DNA of 64,000 nt from Nitrospinales bacterium (GTDB lineage Bacteria > Nitrospinota > Nitrospinia > Nitrospinales > VA-1): the NCBI GenBank assembly GCA_965223345.1, contig CBDCWG010000012.1:1088001-1152000 (forward strand), written 5' to 3'. Positions 1-8,732 of the stretch are shown one piece after another. The notes below the pieces were generated by a model, which worked only from the letters and a program-made list of their open reading frames with translations, was not told the DNA's origin and did no database searches. Position 1 is the first letter of the stretch, and each line of letters starts with the position of its first letter. A program made the position numbers and the translations under genes.

Positions 1-1423
1 AGTCGATGCAGTGCATGCCGCGTTCGCGGTGGATGTCCGGCACCAGAAATTCGTGTTCGCTGCCGTAGAGCACGGGCTGGGTGGCGTCGATCTTCTCGCG
101 CGCCGGTTTGGGCCGCGCCGGATTTTTGAACAGCCCTTCGAATTCGTTGCCCACGCCGTTGTTGTTGTGGCAGTGCTCGCACTGCACGCTGGGAATGGCG
201 AGGGTGAATTTGTGGATCACCGGGTAGCCGCGCGGCGAGTCCAGCGGACGCGCGGCCTTGTCGCTGCTGAAGACGGAACCCTGCTTCTTGGCGTTTTTGC
301 GCTGCTTGCTCTGAATCGTCGGATCGCGGGTCAGCGAGGTGCCGTCGTTGGCGTACACCATGTGGCAGGCGGCGCAGCCGGTGGCGCGGTAGTCACCCGG
401 CCGGTGTGGCGCTTCGCCCTGGATGTGGCAGCGCAGGCATTTGGTCCTGAGAAACTTGTCCACCGCGTGGCCCTTTTTCACCGAGGGCAGGGGTTTTTCA
501 TTGGCCTTGGCATCGGGAATCAGGGAATGGTGGTTCTTTCCGTACGGCTGTGCGCCCCAGGCGTAGCGCGTGGTGTTGATGATTCCCGCGGCGGTGGACA
601 TCGGGTTGCGTTTGACCTTTTCGATCTGGTCGGCGTGGCATTTGCCGCAGAATTTGGGAGCGTGGTTGAGGTCCGATGGATTGGGCACCATCCCCTTGTG
701 GGCCGATTGCATCGTTTTGGCGCGCCGGTTGCCGCTGTGGCACTTGGTGCAGCGGAAGCGGTGGTTGGGGCTGATCTCTTCGATGCCACCGTGGCAGTTC
801 AGGCAGCCGCTGGCTTTTTTTTCCAGTTGCACCACCCGGCCGAACACGTCTTCCATGGAGAAGTTGGAGTTGCGGTAGAAATTTTCCACGAAGTGACCGG
901 AGTCCGCGTAGGAGTAAAAGCGCAGCCCGTCTACGGTGACGCCCGGCTCCAACACTTTGGGCGAGTTTTCCTGAAAACCGCGCACCGGAAAAAACGGATC
1001 GCGGAAATCCCCGGCGTCGAGGAAAGGCGTTTCCTCAAGCGGCGGCACCTCCACCATGCGCTTTTCGAAAGCGGGCGGCGACTCCGGCCTGAACGGCTGT
1101 GCCGGCGGTTGCGGCTGAGGCTGCGGCGGCTCGGGCGCGGCGAACGGTTCCTCTATGATCGTGGATTCGGTGATGTCCTTGTCCGGGGCCGATTTTTCGA
1201 ACGCGTCCGAAGGCAGGGGCCAGGGAAAGACCTCTTCGCCGCTGGAAGGAGATTCCGTTTCCGGCTCGGGCTTGGTCTCGCGCGGAACGCCGGACGCATC
1301 GAGCGAGTACGAATCCTTCCATTCGAACGTTTTCGTTTCCTGGGCGGTACCGCGGCCGAGAATGAAAAAGGTCAGCAGCGCGCCGGCCGTGAGCAGCCAT
1401 CCGGTTTTTCGCAGAGGGGTCAT
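1..1423 (-). CDS. Secreted multiheme c-type cytochrome, 3' end truncated by the window edge
   Basis: Manual minus-strand translation from ATG 1423: MTPLRKTGWLLTAGALLTFFILGRGTAQ signal-like N-terminus, Pro-rich linker, then CLNCH, CTKCH, CGKCH, CLRCH, CAACH, CEHCH and a cut-off CID(CH). Absent from the ORF track because it has no stop in the window. Confidence 0.9.
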   Translation of the reverse strand, partial: MTPLRKTGWLLTAGALLTFFILGRGTAQETKTFEWKDSYSLDASGVPRETKPEPETESPSSGEEVFPWPLPSDAFEKSAPDKDITESTIIEEPFAAPEPPQPQPQPPAQPFRPESPPAFEKRMVEVPPLEETPFLDAGDFRDPFFPVRGFQENSPKVLEPGVTVDGLRFYSYADSGHFVENFYRNSNFSMEDVFGRVVQLEKKASGCLNCHGGIEEISPNHRFRCTKCHSGNRRAKTMQSAHKGMVPNPSDLNHAPKFCGKCHADQIEKVKRNPMSTAAGIINTTRYAWGAQPYGKNHHSLIPDAKANEKPLPSVKKGHAVDKFLRTKCLRCHIQGEAPHRPGDYRATGCAACHMVYANDGTSLTRDPTIQSKQRKNAKKQGSVFSSDKAARPLDSPRGYPVIHKFTLAIPSVQCEHCHNNNGVGNEFEGLFKNPARPKPAREKIDATQPVLYGSEHEFLVPDIHRERGMHCID

Positions 1424-1436
1424 CTTGATCCAGAGG

Positions 1437-3599
1437 TTATTTTCTTTTCAGGATGTTCTTGCGCAGTTTGCGATGCGCCAGTTTGTTCTCGAATTTGTAA
1501 CTCTTGCCGATGTCTTTGTAAATCTTATCATTGTATTGATCGTGACAGGGAATGCAGTTTCCCACCTTGAGGATGCGCGCGATCTCTTTCTGGTTGAACG
1601 GGCGCGCTCCGGGTTGCGTGCTGCCCGCCACCGGCTGGCCGCGCACCGTGGTTTTCGCATCCGGCGCGAGGTCCGAATGGCGCTTGATCGCATTCGAGCG
1701 GTTGACGGGCGCCATGCGGTCGTTTTTCCCGGACGAACTGCGCTGCAGCGTGAGGTCTCCCTCGCCCAGTCCCAGCGTCTGCGGGGAAAGGTGGCAGCTG
1801 GCGCAGGAGCGGACTTTTTTGCCGACCGAGTGCGGGTTGAGCGCGTACACGAGGTTGGAGCCCGAGTATCCGTGCGGGTTGGTGAACACCCATTCGCGGT
1901 AGCTGCCGAGCGGCGTTCCATGCCGGGTCAGCGCGGTGACGGGTTTTCCTTTCTCGTCCAGCACGGTGACGGTTCGTTGCGTCTGCGGCAGCATGGGGGC
2001 CACTTTGCCGCGCGGACCGACCATCAATTTGGGCGGCTCCACTTCCAGGGTGTAGGATGCGGTTCCCCAAAGGGCGGATGCCTTGCCGGCTTCGAGGGAG
2101 GGCATCTTGGCCTGGTCGAGCGCGTTGTGGCAGCCTTCGCATCTGGGCACCCACTGCGAATGGCAGGCGGTGCATTCGAGCTTCTTCTTGTGGGCCGGGA
2201 TCACATGCGCGTTCCTGCTTTTATGCAGGGTCGGCGTTTTGAATTTTTTGCCGCTGATCTTGCCCAGCGTCCACAGCGTGCCCTTTTCCAGTTTCACGTT
2301 GGTCATCTTGTTTTTGCGTGCGGTCAGGGCCATGCGGTCTTTTAAGGCGTTGCTCCAGGGGTAATGGCGGCTCAGGCGAACGACGCGGTCCGAAGGGTCG
2401 GTGACCGGCGCGAAGGCGGGCGGCGTGTCGCCGTCTCCATGACAGGTTTCGCAACGGACTTCAACGGCCTGGTTTTGCTTGGAATAGAGGTTGCCGTCGC
2501 CCATGATATCAAACTGGGTATGGCAGTCAACACAATCGAAGCCGTTGGCGATGTGCACGTCTTCCTGCCTTTTTCCCGATCCCGGCAGCGGGAGTGGGAT
2601 CAATGCCGCCATTTCCAGGGGTTGCGTTTCGGATTTTCCCGCTGCGGGGTCGAAGGCCTGGTGGCACTGGCTGCAGATGACGCTCGGCGTCAGCGCGGTC
2701 ATCTTGTGAAAGCCGGGGTGTCCGATTTCGGTTTTGGAGATCGTCGGGTCGGCCCCGTGGTAGCGGCCGTCGGGCGCGTAGGTGAAATGACAGGCGGCGC
2801 ACCCCTGCGAGCGGAAGGTTCCCGGCGCGGGGCTGGAATCCAGGTGGCACTGAAAGCATTTTTGCCGCAGCAGCTTGTCGCTGATGTGCCGGGACACCTG
2901 ATAGGAACCCGGCGCCTGCGGCAGATCCTTGGGAGAGAAAAACGGCAGCGCCTTGAGCGATCCCAATGCGCCGCGTTTTTCGGGCACGTCGCCGTCTTCG
3001 TCGATCACATCGCGGATGCCGTATTTGGCGAATCGGGTGCTCTGCGCCGCCCATTGATAGCGCAGGCCGGAGATCATGCCCGCCATCGTCGCCATGAGCG
3101 ATTTGTTGACGCGTTCGATGTGGTTGCGGTCGGGATCGAGATGGCCGGCGTGGCATTGCAGTTGCCCGCAGCTTTGCGCGGCGACGCTGAGACTGGACGG
3201 GTTGCGCTTGCCGGTGCCCGCTTCGGGATCGTAAATGAGGCTGGAGTGGGCCTGCTCTTTGTCGATCGACTGGCCGTCCCCTCCGTGGCAGACCGTGCAG
3301 CCGAATTCTCTCGGGTGGGACGCGCTCACCGTTGCGATTCCGTCGTGGCAGGTGATGCAGCGTTCGGTGAACTGATTGCGGTAGCTGGAAACCCGCACGC
3401 CGGATTCGCTGCCGAGCGTGCCGGTGATTTCGATTTCCTTGACGCGGAGCGGTGGGCGCGCGGGGGATTTTTTCTTTTCGGCCTGGCTGCGGTTGAACTG
3501 TTCCTGCCAGAACTGCCAGTCCTTCTCGGCGGCCTGGATGGAAACGGTTCCCAGAAGAGTCAGGATCGATATGAAAAAAACGAAGCGGGGGTTGAGCAC
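1437..3599 (-). CDS. Secreted multiheme c-type cytochrome (11 CxxCH plus one CX4CH)
   Basis: Signal peptide; CITCH, CTVCH, CGQLQCH, CFQCH, CAACH, CSQCH, CVDCH, CETCH, CTACH, CEGCH, CASCH, CIPCH. Confidence 0.92.
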   Translation of the reverse strand: MLNPRFVFFISILTLLGTVSIQAAEKDWQFWQEQFNRSQAEKKKSPARPPLRVKEIEITGTLGSESGVRVSSYRNQFTERCITCHDGIATVSASHPREFGCTVCHGGDGQSIDKEQAHSSLIYDPEAGTGKRNPSSLSVAAQSCGQLQCHAGHLDPDRNHIERVNKSLMATMAGMISGLRYQWAAQSTRFAKYGIRDVIDEDGDVPEKRGALGSLKALPFFSPKDLPQAPGSYQVSRHISDKLLRQKCFQCHLDSSPAPGTFRSQGCAACHFTYAPDGRYHGADPTISKTEIGHPGFHKMTALTPSVICSQCHQAFDPAAGKSETQPLEMAALIPLPLPGSGKRQEDVHIANGFDCVDCHTQFDIMGDGNLYSKQNQAVEVRCETCHGDGDTPPAFAPVTDPSDRVVRLSRHYPWSNALKDRMALTARKNKMTNVKLEKGTLWTLGKISGKKFKTPTLHKSRNAHVIPAHKKKLECTACHSQWVPRCEGCHNALDQAKMPSLEAGKASALWGTASYTLEVEPPKLMVGPRGKVAPMLPQTQRTVTVLDEKGKPVTALTRHGTPLGSYREWVFTNPHGYSGSNLVYALNPHSVGKKVRSCASCHLSPQTLGLGEGDLTLQRSSSGKNDRMAPVNRSNAIKRHSDLAPDAKTTVRGQPVAGSTQPGARPFNQKEIARILKVGNCIPCHDQYNDKIYKDIGKSYKFENKLAHRKLRKNILKRK

Positions 3600-3674
3600 A
3601 AAAAATCGTCTCGTGTGTGGGTGAACGGCGCGCGCACCGGAAGCCGGTTCTGCGTTGCAAAGGGACCCTGCGGA

Positions 3675-4001
3675 TTATTTGTACACCACCTCCACCCGGT
3701 CGAGGAAATCCGTCAACTCGTTCACCGATGTTTGAATCCGTTGCGCCGACCGTTCCTTGGCGCTTTCCTCAAGGGTCATGCCGATGGCGCTGATGAAATC
3801 GAAACCGTACCCGGAGCCGGACCCCTTCATGGTGTGTCCCATTCTCTCGATGGTTGCAAAATCGTCCGATTGCAAAGCCTGAAGAATGGACTCGATGTCC
3901 TTGCGCCGGTTGTTGAGATAGCCGGGAATCAATTCCTCAAGATCCGGGTCGATTTCTACTTTGATCTTATCATTTTTCTGGCTTTCGCTGCCTGCGGTCA
4001 T
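3675..4001 (-). CDS. Stand-alone Hpt (histidine phosphotransfer) protein
   Basis: 108 aa helical protein with HTMKGSGSGYG Hpt signature. Confidence 0.88.
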   Translation of the reverse strand: MTAGSESQKNDKIKVEIDPDLEELIPGYLNNRRKDIESILQALQSDDFATIERMGHTMKGSGSGYGFDFISAIGMTLEESAKERSAQRIQTSVNELTDFLDRVEVVYK

Positions 4002-4052
4002 CGCTCACCTTGTGCGGTTCCAAGCGGGGGCCTTCAAATTCAAAGACGCCCT

Positions 4053-4081
4053 ATCATAGTTTCTGCAGTTGCTTTTTTCAA
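4053..4081 (-). promoter_or_regulatory. Putative sigma70 promoter for Hpt and the downstream cytochrome genes
   Basis: Minus strand TTGAAA-N17-TATGAT about 50 nt upstream of the Hpt start. Confidence 0.55.
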
Positions 4082-4125
4082 CACCCGCGAGCGGTTTCGA
4101 ATCGAGGGAAGGATGAGAACGGGAT

Positions 4126-5409
4126 TCATTCTCCCGTATGGAAGAAACGCGTCCCGTCGCTGCCGCTGGGTCGCTTGAGGTTGAAGCGGGTTTCAAAATC
4201 CAGAAGCAGGTCCAGCCAGTCTTCCAGAAGCCGGGTCATGAGGTATTTTTCTTTCACCGACTCGCGCGCGGCCTGTCCCATGCGCAGGCGCAGATCGTCG
4301 TCTTTGAGCACCTGCACGATGCGTTCGGCGGCGGCGTCCACCGAATCGACGAGAAAACCGTTGACCTGATCTTCGATCTGCAGCGGGATGCCTCCGACGT
4401 TGCCGCCGATCACCACCGCCTGCTTCCACATGGCTTCGGTGACGGTCAGGCCGAAGCCTTCGCGCGTGGACTTTTGCAGAACCACGTGCGCGCGGCTCTG
4501 CAGGGCGTTCACCAGCGCGGTGTCCTGACGGGCGAGGATGATGATGCGCTCGTCCTGTTCTCCCAGCAGCGATTCGTACACTTCCTGCCCTTCCGGGTCG
4601 TCGCTGGCCATGTCGCCGAGCAGCACCAGGGTGGCGTCCACCTGCTTGCGGGCCTGCTTGAAAGCCTGGATCACGCCCAGCGGATCCTTGAAACGGTCGA
4701 AGCGGGAGATCTGGGTCACGATCGGCAGATCGGTCGGAATGTGGTAGTGGTTCAGCCGCTCCTCGATTTCGGACTCGGGCAGCGGCAGGTTTTTGATGAT
4801 GAACGGATCGATGGTGGGCCGGAAATACCGGGTGGGGATGTCGAGCTCGACACCCTGTTTTTTGGTGACGATGCCGGCGTCGTATTTGAGGATCGTCGGT
4901 TTGAGAAACTCCCAGACCGAAGGCTCCGGACTCGTCAGATCCAGATGGCAGCGCCAGATCCAGGGACAGGATTTCGGGTAATGGTGGATCAGAAACAAAG
5001 GCTGCGGGTCGTGGATGACGAGGAAATCCGCATCCAGATCCATACGGATGGAATTTTCGTAGATCGTTTGCTCGTAGATCTCTTTTTTCAGCTCGGTCAG
5101 GTGGATGGAATGTCCCTGCAGCGCGTTGTGGAATTTCTTGGTCAGGGAAAAGAAGTCACCGCTGCCGAACAGCAGCCGCCAGTCGGTGCGGATCCCCACG
5201 CCGTTCATCAAAAGCACCAGCGAGGACAACAGCTCGGCCACGCCGCCGCCGGAATAGGTGCTGTTCACATGAATGAGCTTCTTGCCCTTGAGCGGCTCCG
5301 CCTTCTGTAAAATCCGGTCTATGGTTTCGTTGCCGACGAACTGCCGGTACTGATTGATGTCGGTGCGCTGATGGATGGGCAGGTGTGTATCTTCGTAGGG
5401 CTTCAACAT
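4126..5409 (-). CDS. treT: TreT-type trehalose glycosyltransferring synthase (GT4)
   Basis: HVNSTYSGGGVAE, IHDPQP, SRFDRFKDP and EGFGLTVTEAMWK motifs; next to treY/treZ. Confidence 0.8.
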   Translation of the reverse strand: MLKPYEDTHLPIHQRTDINQYRQFVGNETIDRILQKAEPLKGKKLIHVNSTYSGGGVAELLSSLVLLMNGVGIRTDWRLLFGSGDFFSLTKKFHNALQGHSIHLTELKKEIYEQTIYENSIRMDLDADFLVIHDPQPLFLIHHYPKSCPWIWRCHLDLTSPEPSVWEFLKPTILKYDAGIVTKKQGVELDIPTRYFRPTIDPFIIKNLPLPESEIEERLNHYHIPTDLPIVTQISRFDRFKDPLGVIQAFKQARKQVDATLVLLGDMASDDPEGQEVYESLLGEQDERIIILARQDTALVNALQSRAHVVLQKSTREGFGLTVTEAMWKQAVVIGGNVGGIPLQIEDQVNGFLVDSVDAAAERIVQVLKDDDLRLRMGQAARESVKEKYLMTRLLEDWLDLLLDFETRFNLKRPSGSDGTRFFHTGE

Positions 5410-5571
5410 GGCCGTTGTGCATTCAAATAAAGGTTAACGGGACGGATCGCGCACGGTGAAACGCATGCGTCACAGGCATTCTGATCCACGAAATTTTTTA
5501 TTATAACCAACTGGCGGGTGGGGGAAAAATGAAATCTGGGGGAAGGGATTCGCCTTAAAACGCACGCCCCG

Positions 5572-8500
5572 TCAGCTTGCTGAAAGGCTGTCCGGATCGA
5601 TGAGCAGAGCCAGGGGCAGGAACGAAAACACCTCCTTCACCGGCAAACGCAGGGACTCGCCGTCCGCCTGCACAGAGAGGTGTTTGTGGGTGAACCGGTC
5701 GATGAGGCGGCTGCGATCCTGAAAGGATGCGGGCAGCAGGATGGCCGTGTCCTGCCAGACCGCTTCGCCCACCGGCCATTTGAGGTCCGGTTCCATCAGG
5801 CCCGCCGGCAGCCGGGGAACCGCCGTCAGGCTGAACTGCTGGTTGTGCTGGCGCAGAAAGGCGACGACGTGTTCGGAGCGTTCGCCTTCCACCTTGAGGG
5901 GCTGGTAATCGCCGTGCAGAAACAGATCGGGCAGCCGCCTGCGCAGCCTCAGCCCACAGATCGTGACGTACATTTTGATGCGTCCGTCCGGCCAGTGGTT
6001 CAACAACTCGTACAGCCCCGAAAGGTGCCGGGGCAGGTCCGACGGGGGTGTGGCGAGGAGGGGCTTTAATCGCTCGAGGTATTGCTGGCGCAGGGTGAAA
6101 TCGACGGGATGGCGGTTGTCCGGATCGACGAGGCTCAGATCCCACAGCTCCGAGCCCTGAAAAAAATCGGGAATTCCCGGCGAGGTGATCTTGAGAAGCA
6201 CCTGCGCGAGCGAGTTGACGACCCCCATCTTGGCGACCCGCTCCTGAAACGGCAGGAAGGAGTCCAGAAAACGGTTCGATTTCGTGGGCGCCAGCGTTTT
6301 CTCGATGAACCGGGTGAGGGCGGTGTGGTGGGCTTCGTTGGGGTTGATCCAGCTGGTATGGGTCTTGGCTTCCTTGGCGGCCTTGTGCATGTAGATCAGC
6401 ATCCGCTCGATCAAGCGGTCGCGGCAGATCGCCTCGGCGGGGCCGGGCGGCCACATGCCCACGAGGGTCTGGTAGAACAGGTATTCCTCGTTACGGCCGG
6501 GGGTGAGCCTGTCCTCGACGAGGGTGCGCTTGCCGCGGTTGATCAGAGACCAGCGGCCCAGCGCCTTGCGCCAGTCTTCGGGAATCTCCGACAGGACGTT
6601 CAGCCGCGCGCGCACATCTTCGCCGCGTTTGTGGTCGTGCGTGGCGGTGGCGGTGAGGGTCTGCGGCCAGTGTTTCTGCCGTCTTTGGTTTCTGCGGTGA
6701 AAAACGGAGGGCGCGAGGCCGAAACGCTGCGGGAACCCCCCCACTTCGTTCAAGGAAAGCAGCCGGTTGTAGCGGTAGAAGGCGGTGTCCTCCAGCCCCT
6801 TGGCCTGCACGGGGGCGGTGAACTGCTGCAGTTTCATGATGAAGTCCCGGCGCCTGGCGACGAAATCCGGCGGCAGCCCCGCTTCGGAATCGGTGAGCAA
6901 GGTGTTTTTCAAAAACTCGAAAATGGTGGGCTCGAGAATCGGGTTTTTGCGGCGCGCCCGTCCGATGGATTTTTCCAGCGTCTCGCGGTCCTCGGGGTTG
7001 ATGGCGGTGTCGTCGATGTAGGTGCGGTAGATCGGAAAACAGGCGACGGTTTCGGTCAGCGCCTCTCTCAGGCTGTTCAGGGTGAAATCGCGGGAATGCC
7101 GGTCCTGTTCGGAAATCAGGTTGAGCGCGCGCACCAGAACGTTGAGCTCGCTGGTGAGTGCGGTCTGCATGATGAGCTTTTTGCTTTGGTACGCGATCTC
7201 GCTGAAGGGCTCGGCGTTGCCGGTGTAGCGGACGTAAATTTTGCTGAACTCTTTTTCGCGGCTGGTATCGACGAACAGGCCGTTCACCTCCCGCATGAAA
7301 TCGTATCCGGAGGTGCCGTGGACGGGCCAGTGCTCGGGCAGCGCTTCGGCGCCGGTGAGGATTTTTTCGACAACCAGGTAAAGCGGGCGCACCACCGGGC
7401 CCGCCGGGTCGATTTCTTTCTCCTGCTTGCGCCATTGCCGCACCAGGTCGCGGACGGTGGCGTCTTCCATGGAATCCAGCTTGCGGCCGCGCACGGTGTG
7501 TTCGTAGAGCACCGCCTCCTGCAGCCGGTCGAAATACGCACCGGGGTTGTACAATCCGTCCGGATGATCGAGGCGCAGACCGGTGATCTTCCCTTCGCCG
7601 ATCAGCCGCAGGATCAAGGCGTGTGTCTTTTCGAACACCTCCGGCCGTTCCATCTTGATTCCGGCGAGGTGGTTGATGTCGAAAAACCGCCGGTAATTGA
7701 TCTCATTGGCTGCGGTGCGCCAGTTGGACAAGCGGTAGACCTGCTGTTCCAGCAGCGCGTGCAGCCGGTCGAAGCTTTCCGTCTGGCCGGGAATTCCGTT
7801 GAACTGCCTCACATTTTCCCGGATGTGTTCGCGCAGGACCGTCGATTCCTGCATGAGCCGGTTCAGGCGTTTTTGGCTCACGCCTTTTTCCCGCGCGCGT
7901 TCTTCGATTTTTTCGGCGTCGTTCTCCAGCGTGGAAGGAAGGTTGCCGAGCGCTTTCACGATGCTCAGCAGCTCGCGCAGGTGAGGATCGTCCTCGGGCA
8001 GTTCTTTTTGCAGCGTTTCCAGGTTGTGAGTCAGGATGAGCGGGAACGACTGCGGGTTGAGAGGAAGGTGGTGCTCGAAATACGCGAGGTGAAACGTCCC
8101 CTCCTGCATATTCAGGTCCAGCTCTCCACGATCCAGGACCACGCCGTATTGATCGCCTAGAATGGGCAACAGAATTTTTCCCTTCAGTTCGGCCTTGCCG
8201 GGATTCCAGTCGATATCGAAAATTTCGGCGTAGGGCGAACACTGGCCGTTTCCCAGCACGTCCTGCCACCACTGGTTTTCAGAGCTTGCGATGCCCATGT
8301 GGTTGGGCACGAAATCGAGGATGTGCCCCATGTCGCAGCGGGACAGTTCATCGATGAATCGTTCCAGGCCAGCCTCGCCTCCCAGTTCCGGATTGATGCG
8401 GGTGTAATCGCTGATGTCGTAACCGTGCGAGGAGTCGGGTCCGGCGGCGAGATAGGGCGAGGCGTAGCAGTGGGTGATGCCGAGCTCGGAAAGGTAGGAG

Positions 8501-8652
8501 ACGATGGCGCGGGCCGCATCGAAATCGAACTGCTTGTTGAGCTGAAACCGGTAGGTGTTGAGCGGAAAGCGATTCTTTTGCGACAGTTCTTTCTTGATGC
8601 TTTCCAGCTGGTCCTTGAAGGGTGTGATGTTTTTTGCGGGGCGAATGTTCAT
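5572..8652 (-). CDS. treY: Malto-oligosyltrehalose synthase
   Basis: TYRFQ, SHGYD, DFVPNHMG, NYRRFFDIN, GLRLDHPDGL and SLVDPDNR motifs; start moved to ATG 8652 behind GGAGG. Confidence 0.95.
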   Translation of the reverse strand: MNIRPAKNITPFKDQLESIKKELSQKNRFPLNTYRFQLNKQFDFDAARAIVSYLSELGITHCYASPYLAAGPDSSHGYDISDYTRINPELGGEAGLERFIDELSRCDMGHILDFVPNHMGIASSENQWWQDVLGNGQCSPYAEIFDIDWNPGKAELKGKILLPILGDQYGVVLDRGELDLNMQEGTFHLAYFEHHLPLNPQSFPLILTHNLETLQKELPEDDPHLRELLSIVKALGNLPSTLENDAEKIEERAREKGVSQKRLNRLMQESTVLREHIRENVRQFNGIPGQTESFDRLHALLEQQVYRLSNWRTAANEINYRRFFDINHLAGIKMERPEVFEKTHALILRLIGEGKITGLRLDHPDGLYNPGAYFDRLQEAVLYEHTVRGRKLDSMEDATVRDLVRQWRKQEKEIDPAGPVVRPLYLVVEKILTGAEALPEHWPVHGTSGYDFMREVNGLFVDTSREKEFSKIYVRYTGNAEPFSEIAYQSKKLIMQTALTSELNVLVRALNLISEQDRHSRDFTLNSLREALTETVACFPIYRTYIDDTAINPEDRETLEKSIGRARRKNPILEPTIFEFLKNTLLTDSEAGLPPDFVARRRDFIMKLQQFTAPVQAKGLEDTAFYRYNRLLSLNEVGGFPQRFGLAPSVFHRRNQRRQKHWPQTLTATATHDHKRGEDVRARLNVLSEIPEDWRKALGRWSLINRGKRTLVEDRLTPGRNEEYLFYQTLVGMWPPGPAEAICRDRLIERMLIYMHKAAKEAKTHTSWINPNEAHHTALTRFIEKTLAPTKSNRFLDSFLPFQERVAKMGVVNSLAQVLLKITSPGIPDFFQGSELWDLSLVDPDNRHPVDFTLRQQYLERLKPLLATPPSDLPRHLSGLYELLNHWPDGRIKMYVTICGLRLRRRLPDLFLHGDYQPLKVEGERSEHVVAFLRQHNQQFSLTAVPRLPAGLMEPDLKWPVGEAVWQDTAILLPASFQDRSRLIDRFTHKHLSVQADGESLRLPVKEVFSFLPLALLIDPDSLSAS

Positions 8653-8732
8653 GTGCCTCCTTCCAGGCACATTCTTTCGTATCTGGTGCGATCCGTCAAG
8701 TGAGAGAGGGGAAAAGCCGGACGCCTGTCACA

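Noticed and set aside
11..4178. Long plus-strand ORFs (519, 396 and 604 aa) and similar antisense ORFs throughout the window
   Set aside because: Shadow ORFs opposite real genes, expected from high-GC codon bias; no recognisable motifs.
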